Source: Candidatus Eiseniibacteriota bacterium (lineage in GTDB: Bacteria > Eisenbacteria > RBG-16-71-46). From it: 50,456 bases of DNA. How positions within the stretch are numbered: the first letter of the stretch is position 1; each line of letters starts with the position of its first letter. The translations under genes and the position numbers were made by a program. Shown in pieces: positions 1 to 8,283 of the stretch. The stretch is from positions 1 to 50,456 of the forward strand of contig JANLWX010000130.1 in assembly GCA_031364845.1 (NCBI GenBank), read 5' to 3'. Below the pieces are notes generated by a model, which saw nothing but the letters and a program-made list of their open reading frames with translations, was not told where the DNA came from and ran no database searches.

Positions 1-86
1 TCAGCATTCGTAACCTTTCCGTTCAGTGCGGCCCGGACGATGCCCGGCCGCTGCGCTTCCTTGTCGCTCATCGTGATATGTCCCAT
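1..86 (-). CDS. ISNCY/IS1202-family transposase, 5' fragment (not in ORF track)
   Basis: ATG at 86-84 reads MGHITMSDKEAQRPGIVRAALNGKVTNA and stays open to the window edge. It resembles the ITMSxKExxR...GxxTxxEAA N-terminus of ISNCY transposases. Confidence 0.7.
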   Translation of the reverse strand, partial: MGHITMSDKEAQRPGIVRAALNGKVTNA

Positions 87-141
87 GGGGGGACATAATC
101 ACGTTGCAATTAAGGGAGGACAGAATCATCTGGCATCCACA
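1..141 (-). mobile_element. Left end of an ISNCY / IS1202-like insertion sequence (runs off the window)
   Basis: The minus strand begins TGT at 141 and carries two direct repeats (+ strand GGACATAATCAC 91-102 and GGACAGAATCAT 118-129), the subterminal-repeat layout of IS1202-type ends. A transposase-like N-terminus follows immediately. Confidence 0.75.
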
Positions 142-156
142 GCATCGCGCAGCATG

Positions 157-186
157 TAGACGTCCGCCAAAGGTCTGTGCTAGCTT
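157..186 (+). promoter_or_regulatory. Putative sigma70 promoter of the yceD-rpmF-plsX-fab operon
   Basis: TAGACG(157-162)-N18-TAGCTT(181-186), with an extended -10 TG at 178-179. Confidence 0.35.
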
Positions 187-224
187 CCGTCGGTTCTGGT
201 CCCGCAACTGCGGGCCAATTTTGT

Positions 225-701
225 ATGTCCGAACTCACGATCGATCTCGCAACACTTGCCCCTGGCATGAGCCGGGTCCAGCTTCAGGTCGAACCCCAGG
301 AACTGGGGCTCGAACCCTCGAGCTGGCCGGGCCGCATCGAAGCGGACCTCTCCGTCGACAAGAATGGAGAGAAGGTTTCGGTGAGGGGGCGGGTGAACGC
401 CATCGCGGGCCTCGAATGCGTGCGCTGCCTGCGGCAGTACGAACTGCCGCTTACGGTGCCGGTCGAGGTGTTCGCGGAGCGGGCCGGGAGAGGTTCGCGG
501 GGTGAGGAAGAAGAGCTCGAACGCGACCATTACATGAAGTTCCACGACGGACGGCGGCTCGACCTCGCTGGGGACGTGCACGACGCGCTGTTGTTGGAGA
601 TGCCGATGGCGCCCCATTGCCGGGATGATTGCCGGGGCCTGTGCCCTCGCTGCGGCGCCGATTTGAACGACGGTCCGTGCGGTTGCCCGAGCGAGACGTA
701 G
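225..701 (+). CDS. yceD: DUF177/YceD family protein
   Basis: Motifs ECVRCL and CxxDCRGLCPRCGADLN...C; canonical position upstream of rpmF. Start placed at ATG 225. Confidence 0.92.
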   Translation: MSELTIDLATLAPGMSRVQLQVEPQELGLEPSSWPGRIEADLSVDKNGEKVSVRGRVNAIAGLECVRCLRQYELPLTVPVEVFAERAGRGSRGEEEELERDHYMKFHDGRRLDLAGDVHDALLLEMPMAPHCRDDCRGLCPRCGADLNDGPCGCPSET

Positions 702-739
702 CGAAGCGCCCGGACATTCCGGATTGACGGAGGACACCC

Positions 740-922
740 ATGGCGGTACCCAAGCGCAGGCACTCGTCGACGCGCGGCAAGAAGCGTCGGACGCACTGGA
801 AGCTCAAGCCCGCGGGTCTGCAGCGTTGCGACCATTGCAGCAGTCCCAAGCTGCCGCATCGCATCTGCGGCAATTGCGGTTACTACGACGGCGAAGAGAT
901 CGTCACGCCGCGCGACGAATAA
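740..922 (+). CDS. rpmF: 50S ribosomal protein L32
   Basis: MAVPKRRHSSTR...CDHC...PHRICGNCGYY (zinc-binding form); SD GGAGG upstream. Confidence 0.98.
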   Translation: MAVPKRRHSSTRGKKRRTHWKLKPAGLQRCDHCSSPKLPHRICGNCGYYDGEEIVTPRDE

Positions 923-944
923 TCCAGGGACCGCGATCCACCAC

Positions 945-1967
945 ATGACCCCGATCCCGCGCATCGGCATCGACGCGATGGGAGGCGACTTCGGTCCTTC
1001 GGTGATTGCCGAGGGGCTGGTGCTGGCGTTCCGCGAAATGCCCGGACGCTGCGAGGTCACTCTGGTCGGTGACGAAACCGAGATCCGGCGGGCGCTCAAG
1101 CGCGCCCATGCGGACCAGTTGCCGGTCCACATCGTGCACGCCTCGGAGCGCATCGAGATGGCCGAGAAGGCCGTGATGGCGGCGCGCAAGAGCCAGTCCT
1201 CGCTCGGAATCCTCACGCAGCTCCACAAGGACGGCAAACTCGACGCGATCTTCAGCGCCGGCAACACCGGTGCCGTGGTCGCGACCGCGCTGCTCGGCCT
1301 CGGACGCCTCGAATCGGTGTCGCGGCCGGCGCTCGCGTGCTTCATGCCCAATCCGGCCGGAGGCACCGTGGTGCTCGATGTCGGCGCCAACGCCGAGTGC
1401 AAGCCCTCGTGGCTGGTCCAGTTCGCGCACATGGGATCGGTCTACGCGCGCCATCTGCTGGGCCGCGAGAACCCGCGCGTCGGGCTGCTCTCGATCGGCG
1501 AAGAGGACACCAAGGGCAACTCGCTGGTGCTCGAATCGCTGCCGCTCCTGCGCCAGGCGAAGCACCTCAATTTCATCGGCAACGTCGAAGGCCGCGACGT
1601 ATTCAAAGGCACCTGCGACGTGGTGGTGACCGACGGTTTCACCGGCAACGTGGTGTTGAAGACCGCCGAGAGCGTGGCCGGCCTGATCTCGCACATGGTT
1701 CGCGAGGAGCTGAGCCGCGATCCGCTCGCCAAGCTCGGCGCGCTGTTCATGCTCCCGTCCCTGCGCCGCCTCAAGGCCCGCATGGACTGGGAGGAATATG
1801 GTGCGGCTCCGCTGCTCGGGGTAAACGGCGTGTGCTTCATCGGGCACGGCGCCAGCAAGTCCAAGGCATTCAAGAGCGCGATCCGCACGCTGACCCGCTT
1901 CGTCGAAGAGCGCGTCAACGAGCACATTCGCGAGGAGATCCAGTCCGATCATGTCAGCGCGGCCTAG
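945..1967 (+). CDS. plsX: Phosphate acyltransferase PlsX
   Basis: IDAMGGDFGP, SAGNTGA, LDVGAN, IGEEDTKG, FIGNVEG, DGFTGNVVLKT. Confidence 0.97.
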   Translation: MTPIPRIGIDAMGGDFGPSVIAEGLVLAFREMPGRCEVTLVGDETEIRRALKRAHADQLPVHIVHASERIEMAEKAVMAARKSQSSLGILTQLHKDGKLDAIFSAGNTGAVVATALLGLGRLESVSRPALACFMPNPAGGTVVLDVGANAECKPSWLVQFAHMGSVYARHLLGRENPRVGLLSIGEEDTKGNSLVLESLPLLRQAKHLNFIGNVEGRDVFKGTCDVVVTDGFTGNVVLKTAESVAGLISHMVREELSRDPLAKLGALFMLPSLRRLKARMDWEEYGAAPLLGVNGVCFIGHGASKSKAFKSAIRTLTRFVEERVNEHIREEIQSDHVSAA

Positions 1968-3018
1968 CGGAATACGCGGCGCCACCATCGCCGGCACCGG
2001 CATGTACGTGCCGGAAAAAGTGCTCACCAACGCGGATCTCGAGCGTATGGTCGAGACCTCGGATGAGTGGATCCGCGAGCGCACCGGCATCTCGGAGCGG
2101 CGCATCGCGGCCCCCGATCAGGCGTCGTCCGACCTCGCGGTGATCGCGGCGCGTCACGCGCTCGAAATGGCGGGACTGAAGCCCGAAGACCTGAACCAGA
2201 TCATCGTCGCCACCACGACGCCCGACCGCTTCCTGCCGTCGTGCGCGTGCACCGTCCAGGCCAAGCTTGGCGCCCGCAACGCGGCGGCCTACGACATGTT
2301 CGCCGCGTGCACCGGATTCGTCTACGGCATGGGTCTCGCGCGCGGGCTGATCGGCACCGGCATCGCCGACAACGTGCTCGTGATCGGCGTCGAGACGCTG
2401 TCGCGCATCGTCGACTACACCGACCGCAACACCTGTGTGCTGTTCGGCGACGGCGCCGGTGCCGCGATCCTGCGGCCGTGCGCGGAAGGCGACGGAATCC
2501 TCGGCGTGTCGATGCACAGCGACGGCGTGCTCGGCGATCTGCTCGAAGTGCCGGCTGGCGGTGCCGCGAGTCCCGCGTCGCACACGACGGTCGATGAGCG
2601 CGGACACTTCATCAAGATGCGCGGCAAGGAACTGTTCAAGGTCGCGGTGCGCGGTATGGAAGAGAGCCTGCGCAGCGCGCTCGACATGGCCGGACTCGAA
2701 GCATCGGATCTCGACCTCATCATTCCGCACCAGGCGAATCGCCGCATCATCGATGCGGTGTGCGGGCGGGTCGGAGCCCCCGAAGACAAGGTCGTGATCA
2801 ACATCGAGCGCTACGGCAACACGTCCTCGGCGTCGATCCCGATCAGCCTCGACGAAGTCGTGCGCACGGGCCGTCTCAAGCCCGGCGACCACGTCGGCTT
2901 CGTCGCGTTCGGCGGCGGCGCGACCTGGGGTGCGACGGTGTCGCGCTGGACGCTGCCCGCGATGAACGGATCGGTCGCACTCGCGGCCGGCACGGCGACG
3001 CATGCGGCAGTGAAATGA
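1951..3018 (+). CDS. fabH: 3-oxoacyl-ACP synthase III
   Basis: TSDEWIRERTGI, AACTGF (catalytic Cys), LFGDGAGA, PHQAN, YGNTSSAS. Confidence 0.97.
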   Translation: MSARPSGIRGATIAGTGMYVPEKVLTNADLERMVETSDEWIRERTGISERRIAAPDQASSDLAVIAARHALEMAGLKPEDLNQIIVATTTPDRFLPSCACTVQAKLGARNAAAYDMFAACTGFVYGMGLARGLIGTGIADNVLVIGVETLSRIVDYTDRNTCVLFGDGAGAAILRPCAEGDGILGVSMHSDGVLGDLLEVPAGGAASPASHTTVDERGHFIKMRGKELFKVAVRGMEESLRSALDMAGLEASDLDLIIPHQANRRIIDAVCGRVGAPEDKVVINIERYGNTSSASIPISLDEVVRTGRLKPGDHVGFVAFGGGATWGATVSRWTLPAMNGSVALAAGTATHAAVK

Positions 3019-3974
3019 AGCTCGCCTTCCTGTTTCCGGGCCAGGGTGCGCAGAGTGTCGGCATGGGCAAGGCGCTCGCAGATCAGCACCCGGCCGCGGC
3101 CGAAGTGTTCGCGACCGCCGACCGCGTGCTCGGCTTCGGCTTGTCACGCATCTGCTGGGAAGGTCCCGAGGCCGAGCTCAAGAAGACCGTGCACGCGCAG
3201 CCCGCGTTGCTCACCCACAGTGTGGCGGCGCTGCGGCTGCTCGAAAAGGCCGGTGTGCGCCCGTCGTTCGTCGCGGGGCATAGCCTCGGTGAGTACTCGG
3301 CGTGTGTTGCCGCAGGGGCGCTCGCGTTCGAGGATGCGCTCACGCTCGTTCATCGCCGCGGCGAATTGATGTACCGCGCCGGCCTCGAACGCGAAGGCAC
3401 GATGGCGGCGATCCTCGGCATGACCGCCGAGCAGGTCGAAGCCGTGTGTGCCGAGGCATCGGCGGCCGGAGTCGTGGTCGCCGCGAATCTCAACGCGCCG
3501 GGGCAGGTCGTGATTTCGGGCAGCATCGCGGGCGTCGAGAAGGCGTGCGAGGTCGCCAAGGCAAACGGCGCGCGGCGCGCGATCCGGCTCGAGGTGAGCG
3601 GGGCATTCCACTCGCCGCTCATGGAATCTGCGGCCGCGGGGCTTTCGGCCTCGCTCGACTCCACGGAGTTCCGCGATCCTTCGTGCCCGGTGATCTCCAA
3701 TGTCTCAGCCGCACCTGTGACACGCGGCGCGGAACTGCGCGAGTCCTTGAAGCGCCAGCTGATGGGTGCGGTGCGCTGGGAGGAATCGATGCGCTGGATC
3801 CTCGCCCAGCGCCCCGAAGCGTTCGTCGAAGTGGGAACGGGCAAGGTGCTGCGCGGCCTGCTGCGCACCGCCGATCCCGCGGCCCGCGCGTTCGGAGCCG
3901 ACGATCCCGACTCGCTCGGGGCCACGCTCACCGCATTCGGCCATCCGGCACCGGCCGGTGGCGTGGCGTCATGA
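3015..3974 (+). CDS. fabD: Malonyl-CoA-ACP transacylase
   Basis: [37 protein letters not shown] overlap with the fabH stop. Confidence 0.97.
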   Translation: MKLAFLFPGQGAQSVGMGKALADQHPAAAEVFATADRVLGFGLSRICWEGPEAELKKTVHAQPALLTHSVAALRLLEKAGVRPSFVAGHSLGEYSACVAAGALAFEDALTLVHRRGELMYRAGLEREGTMAAILGMTAEQVEAVCAEASAAGVVVAANLNAPGQVVISGSIAGVEKACEVAKANGARRAIRLEVSGAFHSPLMESAAAGLSASLDSTEFRDPSCPVISNVSAAPVTRGAELRESLKRQLMGAVRWEESMRWILAQRPEAFVEVGTGKVLRGLLRTADPAARAFGADDPDSLGATLTAFGHPAPAGGVAS

Positions 3975-4750
3975 CGCAGACGGAAGGACTTCCGGCGATG
4001 ACTCCGGCACTCGAACTCGCAGGCCAGGTGGCATTCGTCACCGGCGGCGCCCGCGGCATCGGCTACTCCGTGTGCCGCGCGCTCGCCGCGCGTGGCGCCA
4101 CGGTCGCGATGTTCAATCGCAACGCCGAGCGAGCCGAGGCGGCCGTGAAGACGCTGCGCGACGAAGGCCGGACCGCGCACGCGTTCACCGCCGACATCGC
4201 GAATACCGCATCGGTCGATGCCGCCTTCGCCCAGGCGCTCGCCCAGCTCGGCCGCGTCGATGTGCTGGTCAACAACGCCGGCATCACGCGCGACGGACTC
4301 CTGATCCGCATGGACGACGCGCAGTGGGAAGACGTGGTGAACACGAATCTGCAGGGCGCCTTCCGCTGCTGCCGCGCGGTCGCGCGCTCGATGATGAAGG
4401 CGCGCTGCGGGCGCATCGTGAACATCTCGTCGGTGGTCGGGCTGATGGGCAACGCGGGGCAGGCCAACTACGCCGCGTCCAAGGCCGGCCTGATCGGGCT
4501 CACCACGTCGCTCGCGCGCGAGTTGAGCGGGCGTGGGATCACGGTCAACGCCGTGTGCCCGGGTTTCATCGAAACCGAGATGACCGCGAACCTGCCGGAA
4601 GCAGCCCAAGCCGACTTACTCTCGAGAATTCCACTCGGCCGCCTCGGTCGTCCCGAGGAAGTTGCCGAAGTCGTCGCCTTCCTTTCGTCGCCCCGTGCAT
4701 CCTATGTCACGGGACAAGTCTGGACCGTCGACGGCGGCATGGTGATGTAA
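3971..4750 (+). CDS. fabG: 3-oxoacyl-ACP reductase
   Basis: [37 protein letters not shown]. Start is 3971 (ATGA overlap) or 3998. Confidence 0.96.
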   Translation: MTQTEGLPAMTPALELAGQVAFVTGGARGIGYSVCRALAARGATVAMFNRNAERAEAAVKTLRDEGRTAHAFTADIANTASVDAAFAQALAQLGRVDVLVNNAGITRDGLLIRMDDAQWEDVVNTNLQGAFRCCRAVARSMMKARCGRIVNISSVVGLMGNAGQANYAASKAGLIGLTTSLARELSGRGITVNAVCPGFIETEMTANLPEAAQADLLSRIPLGRLGRPEEVAEVVAFLSSPRASYVTGQVWTVDGGMVM

Positions 4751-4802
4751 TGTCCATCCTCTCCGCATCGCACCAGGTTCTCCCAATCAGGAGGTAACAT
4801 CC

Positions 4803-5045
4803 GTGGCAGCATTCAGTGAAGACCGCGTCAAAGAAATCATTGCGAAGGAACTCGAAGTCGAGGCCCAGCAACTCACCCCCGAGGCCAAGTTCATCGAGGA
4901 TCTCGGCGCCGATTCGCTCGACATTGTCGAGTTGGTGATGGCGCTGGAGGAAGAGTTTGGAATCGACATCCCCGATGAGGATGCCGATAAGCTCAAGACC
5001 GTCGGCGATGCCATGAACTATCTGAAGTCGCACGCCACCGCTTGA
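4803..5045 (+). CDS. acpP: Acyl carrier protein
   Basis: [23 protein letters not shown] start with strong SD AGGAGGT. Confidence 0.98.
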   Translation: MAAFSEDRVKEIIAKELEVEAQQLTPEAKFIEDLGADSLDIVELVMALEEEFGIDIPDEDADKLKTVGDAMNYLKSHATA

Positions 5046-5071
5046 GACTGAGCGGGCACTAGCCCAGTCAG

Positions 5072-5131
5072 GCCAGCGCGAGATCTGCCCCATGCTTCCC
5101 GAGAAGTCGAGGGGCGGATCTCGGACTTGGC
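5072..5131 (+). promoter_or_regulatory. Long intergenic stem-loop between acpP and fabF
   Basis: CGAGATCTGCCCC (5079-5091) pairs with GGGGCGGATCTCG (5111-5123, one G-U), with an inner CTTC/GAAG and outer GCCA/TGGC pairing. No U-tract. Confidence 0.6.
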
Positions 5132-5155
5132 GTGAACCCTCGCCGAGGTAGATCA

Positions 5156-6403
5156 ATGTCGCAACACGAGCACCGGGTGTTCATCACCGGGACCGGCGTC
5201 ATTTCGCCGCTCGGAAACAACACGCAAGACTGCTGGGACAATCTCCTCGCCGGCAAATCCGGCGCGGGGCCGATCACGCGTTTCGACGCGTCCACCTACA
5301 GCACACGATTCGGCTGCGAGGTGAAGGATTTCAGCGTCGAAGGCATCATCGATCGCAAGGAAGCCAAGCGCATGGACCGGTTCGTCCAGTACGCGGTGGC
5401 AGCCTCGCATGAGGCGATCGGAAGTGCCGGGCTCGATCTCGACTCACTCGATCGCGACCGGATCGGAGTCGTGATCGGTTCGGGCATCGGCGGCATGGAA
5501 ACATTCGAAACACAACATCGCGCGCTCATCGAGAAGGGGCACGGACGAGTCAGTCCGTTCTTCATCCCGATGATGATCACCAACATGGCACCGGGACATG
5601 TCTCCATCCAGTTCGGCCTGCGCGGTCCGAACTTCTGCCCGGTCTCCGCATGCGCATCGAGCGCACATGCGATCGGCGAAGCCCTGCGGCTCCTCAGAGC
5701 AGGCGACGCCGACTGCATCCTCGCAGGCGGAAGCGAAGCCACCATCACGCCGATGGCCGTGGCCGGCTTCGGAAACATGCGAGCGTTGTCTACACGGAAC
5801 GAAGACCCGCAGCGCGCAAGCCGTCCGTTCGACGCCGAACGGGACGGATTCGTGATCGGGGAGGGAGCCGGCATCGTCGTTCTCGAGACCGAGGAACATG
5901 CCAGCCGTCGCGGAGCACGACCCATCTGTGAGCTCATCGGTTACGGCGCCTCAGGAGATGCCTATCACATGTCCGCCCCGAGCGAAGACGGCAACGGGGC
6001 AGCGCGCGCCATGAAGCGGGCGCTCGAGGACGGCGGCATCGCGCCCGAGGACGTGGAATACATCAACGCCCACGGCACCAGCACACCTGCGGGAGACCCG
6101 ATCGAGGTCTTCGCGGTGAAGTCGGTGTTCGGCGACCACGCGAAGCGCCTCATGATGAGCTCCACCAAGTCGATGACCGGCCACCTGCTCGGTGCCGCCG
6201 GCGGACTTGAAGCGGTCGTCACCGCGCTCACCCTCGTGCACGGGATCGTTCCACCCACCATCAACCTGGAACAAACGGATCCTCAATGCGACCTAGACTT
6301 CGTACCGAATCAGGCCCGCGCAAGACGCGTGAAGGCCGCTCTCTCGAACTCGTTCGGGTTCGGGGGACACAACGTGACCCTGGCTCTGAAAGCGCTGACG
6401 TAA
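5156..6403 (+). CDS. fabF: 3-oxoacyl-ACP synthase II
   Basis: ITGTGVISPLG, SACASS (catalytic Cys), RPFDAERDGFV, YINAHGTST, SSTKSMTGHLLGAAG, SNSFGFGG; ATG 5156 with SD GAGGT. Confidence 0.97.
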   Translation: MSQHEHRVFITGTGVISPLGNNTQDCWDNLLAGKSGAGPITRFDASTYSTRFGCEVKDFSVEGIIDRKEAKRMDRFVQYAVAASHEAIGSAGLDLDSLDRDRIGVVIGSGIGGMETFETQHRALIEKGHGRVSPFFIPMMITNMAPGHVSIQFGLRGPNFCPVSACASSAHAIGEALRLLRAGDADCILAGGSEATITPMAVAGFGNMRALSTRNEDPQRASRPFDAERDGFVIGEGAGIVVLETEEHASRRGARPICELIGYGASGDAYHMSAPSEDGNGAARAMKRALEDGGIAPEDVEYINAHGTSTPAGDPIEVFAVKSVFGDHAKRLMMSSTKSMTGHLLGAAGGLEAVVTALTLVHGIVPPTINLEQTDPQCDLDFVPNQARARRVKAALSNSFGFGGHNVTLALKALT

Positions 6404-8136
6404 AACGCCGCTCGCGCCGGCGCGGCGGCCGCGGCCGCTCGCGCGGTCCGCGCAATCCGCAGACTCCTCCGCCACGCTCCGGTTTCTGGAGCTGGTTCCT
6501 CGGCCTGTTCGCCGCGCCCAAGCCGGCTCCGACGCCGGCTGCCGCGGCGGGCGATCAGGAATCGCGGCTGATGGAGGATTTCTCCCGCCACTACCAGATC
6601 CACTTCAAGGATCCGGAACTGCTGCGACTCGCGCTCACGCACCGTTCGTACTTGAGCGTGAGTGGCAAGAGCGCGCGCCAGTCCAACGAGCGCCTCGAGT
6701 TCCTCGGGGACTCCGTGCTCGGACTCGTCACCAGCGAGTTCCTCTATCGTGCCCATCCCACCGAGCACGAAGGCCAGCTCACCAAGACCAAGTCGCTGCT
6801 GGTGTCGAAGGCGATTCTGTCGCGGCGCGCGCTGGCGATGGGCCTCGGGCGCTTCGTGTTCATGAGCCACTCCGAGGTGGAATCGGGCGGCCGGCAGCGG
6901 CTGTCGATCCTGGCGGACGGCTTCGAATCGGTGGTCGCCGCCATCTACCTGGACCAGGGCTTCGAGACCGCGCGCGAATTCATCCATCGCTGGCTCTTGA
7001 ACGACGCGCGCGAGATCGCCGCCGACAAGCGCCACACCAACTACAAGAGCCACCTGCAGGAGTACGTTCAGAGCACCTTCCGCACGCATCCTGTCTACCG
7101 CATCCGCAGCGAGATGGGTCCCGATCACTCGAAGCAGTTCATGGTCGAGGTCATGGTGGGCCGGCGCTTGATGGGAAGCGGCAAGGGCCGCAACAAGAAG
7201 GAAGCCGAGCAGGCTGCGGCGCGTGATGCGCTCGAGCGCGCGAACCACAAGGTGGTGAGTGACGTTCCGGCCGACGTGCAAGCGCCGCGCGTACACACGC
7301 GCGCGGCCACGGTCGAGATCGACGAGGATGACGACAGCCGTCACCGCCGTCGCGGACGCCGGGGTGGCCGTGTGCGTCGTGAAGATGGCGACGAAGTCGT
7401 CGAGAGTCCCTCGAGCGCAGGCTACATCGCCGACGAGCCGGAGCTCGAGATGGAACTGGATCCGGAAGCGGAGCGGACTCCCGAGCCGCGGCGTGAGTCG
7501 CGCGGCGAAGGCCGCATCGTGCGCCGGCCTGAGGCGCGCGAGGCGCGCCCGGCGCGGATCGAACCGCTGCCCGAGCCGCGGGGCGAACGGCCGTACGCCG
7601 ACGCACCGGGATCGCTCGCGTCGTTAGAGGATGACGACTACGACGACGAGGAGATCGGGCGTCCGGAAGGTCCGCTCGAAGAGCGGCATGTCGATCCTTT
7701 CGCGATCACGGAGGACGTGGCGACCGAAACGTCCGAAGCCGGGATCCCGTCCGTATTCGGACATGAGACCGAGGCCCCGGCGCGTCGCGGGGGAAGTTCG
7801 CGCCACGAATATCGAACCGATGATGCCGATGAGCCCGAAGGCAAGAGTTTCCGGCGGGCTCCGGATCCGCGCTCGGTGCAGGAGCGCGAGCCGCGGGAAC
7901 GTGAGGCCCGCCCGGCACGTGAGCCGCGTCCGGCACGTGAGCCTCGCAGGGCGCGGGAGGTGCCGGTCGATGAAGCACCGCCGGAAGCCCGCTTCGAGCC
8001 CGAAGCGCGCGAGGAGACGCAGTGGGTGCCCGATGCGCGCCCGGAGACTTCGGCGCCGGAGCCGCGAGCGGATGCGAGCGGTGATGCGGCCGCACAGGCG
8101 GCGTTCGGAAGACGTGGCCGTCGCCGTCCACGTTGA
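6400..8136 (+). CDS. rnc: Ribonuclease III with N-terminal Arg-rich/amphipathic segment and long disordered C-terminal tail (start uncertain: 6286, 6400 or 6571)
   Basis: ALTHRS, NERLEFLGDSVL, ADGFESVVAAIYLD, dsRBD NYKSHLQE...GPDH...GKGRNKKEAEQAAA; fabF-rnc synteny. Confidence 0.93.
   Translation, partial: VKRRSRRRGGRGRSRGPRNPQTPPPRSGFWSWFLGLFAAPKPAPTPAAAAGDQESRLMEDFSRHYQIHFKDPELLRLALTHRSYLSVSGKSARQSNERLEFLGDSVLGLVTSEFLYRAHPTEHEGQLTKTKSLLVSKAILSRRALAMGLGRFVFMSHSEVESGGRQRLSILADGFESVVAAIYLDQGFETAREFIHRWLLNDAREIAADKRHTNYKSHLQEYVQSTFRTHPVYRIRSEMGPDHSKQFMVEVMVGRRLMGSGKGRNKKEAEQAAARDALERANHKVVSDVPADVQAPRVHTRAATVEIDEDDDSRHRRRGRRGGRVRREDGDEVVESPSSAGYIADEPELEMELDPEAERTPEPRRESRGEGRIVRRPEAREARPARIEPLPEPRGERPYADAPGSLASLEDDDYDDEEIGRPEGPLEERHVDPFAITEDVATETSEAGIPSVFGHETEAPARRGGSSRHEYRTDDADEPEGKSFRRAPDPRSVQEREPREREARPAREPRPAREPRRAREVPVDEAPPEARFEPEAREETQWVPDARPETSAPEPRADASGDAAAQAAFGRRGRRRPR
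7909..7959 (+). repeat. Degenerate 18-bp tandem repeat encoding RPAREP units in the RNase III tail
   Basis: cgcccggcacgtgagccg / cgtccggcacgtgagcct / cgcagggcgcgggag. Confidence 0.6.
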
Positions 8137-8161
8137 GCGTTTCGAGACACGATTGCGATCG

Positions 8162-8192
8162 CGGGCGGCCTCCTCACGAGGCCGCCCGTTCT
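8162..8192 (+). terminator. Terminator-like hairpin after rnc
   Basis: CGGGCGGCCTC-ctcac-GAGGCCGCCCG, a perfect 11-bp stem followed by TTCT (weak U-tract). Confidence 0.6.
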
Positions 8193-8283
8193 CGCAGGCC
8201 CGCGCGCCGCGTTCGCGCGATTTCAGAGCCGATTTTGCGCCTCGCATGGTGAGCCGCTCCGCGTGCGTGCTACGCTTCTTCGC

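Noticed and set aside
144..171. Possible dif/Xer site next to the IS end (ATCGCGCAGCA-TGTAGA-CGTCCGCCAAA)
   Set aside because: The XerC-like arm and spacer resemble dif only weakly, and the normally best-conserved XerD arm (TTATGTTAAAT) is absent.
1..207. ORF-track 68-aa minus-strand ORF and the 104-505 plus-strand ORF
   Set aside because: Both cross the IS end in non-coding frames. The transposase-like reading is a different frame starting at 86.
5156..6403. A-rich codons in fabF as a diversity-generating retroelement template or a hidden antisense gene
   Set aside because: There is no reverse transcriptase and no second near-identical copy. The changes are synonymous and the antisense frames are broken by stops.
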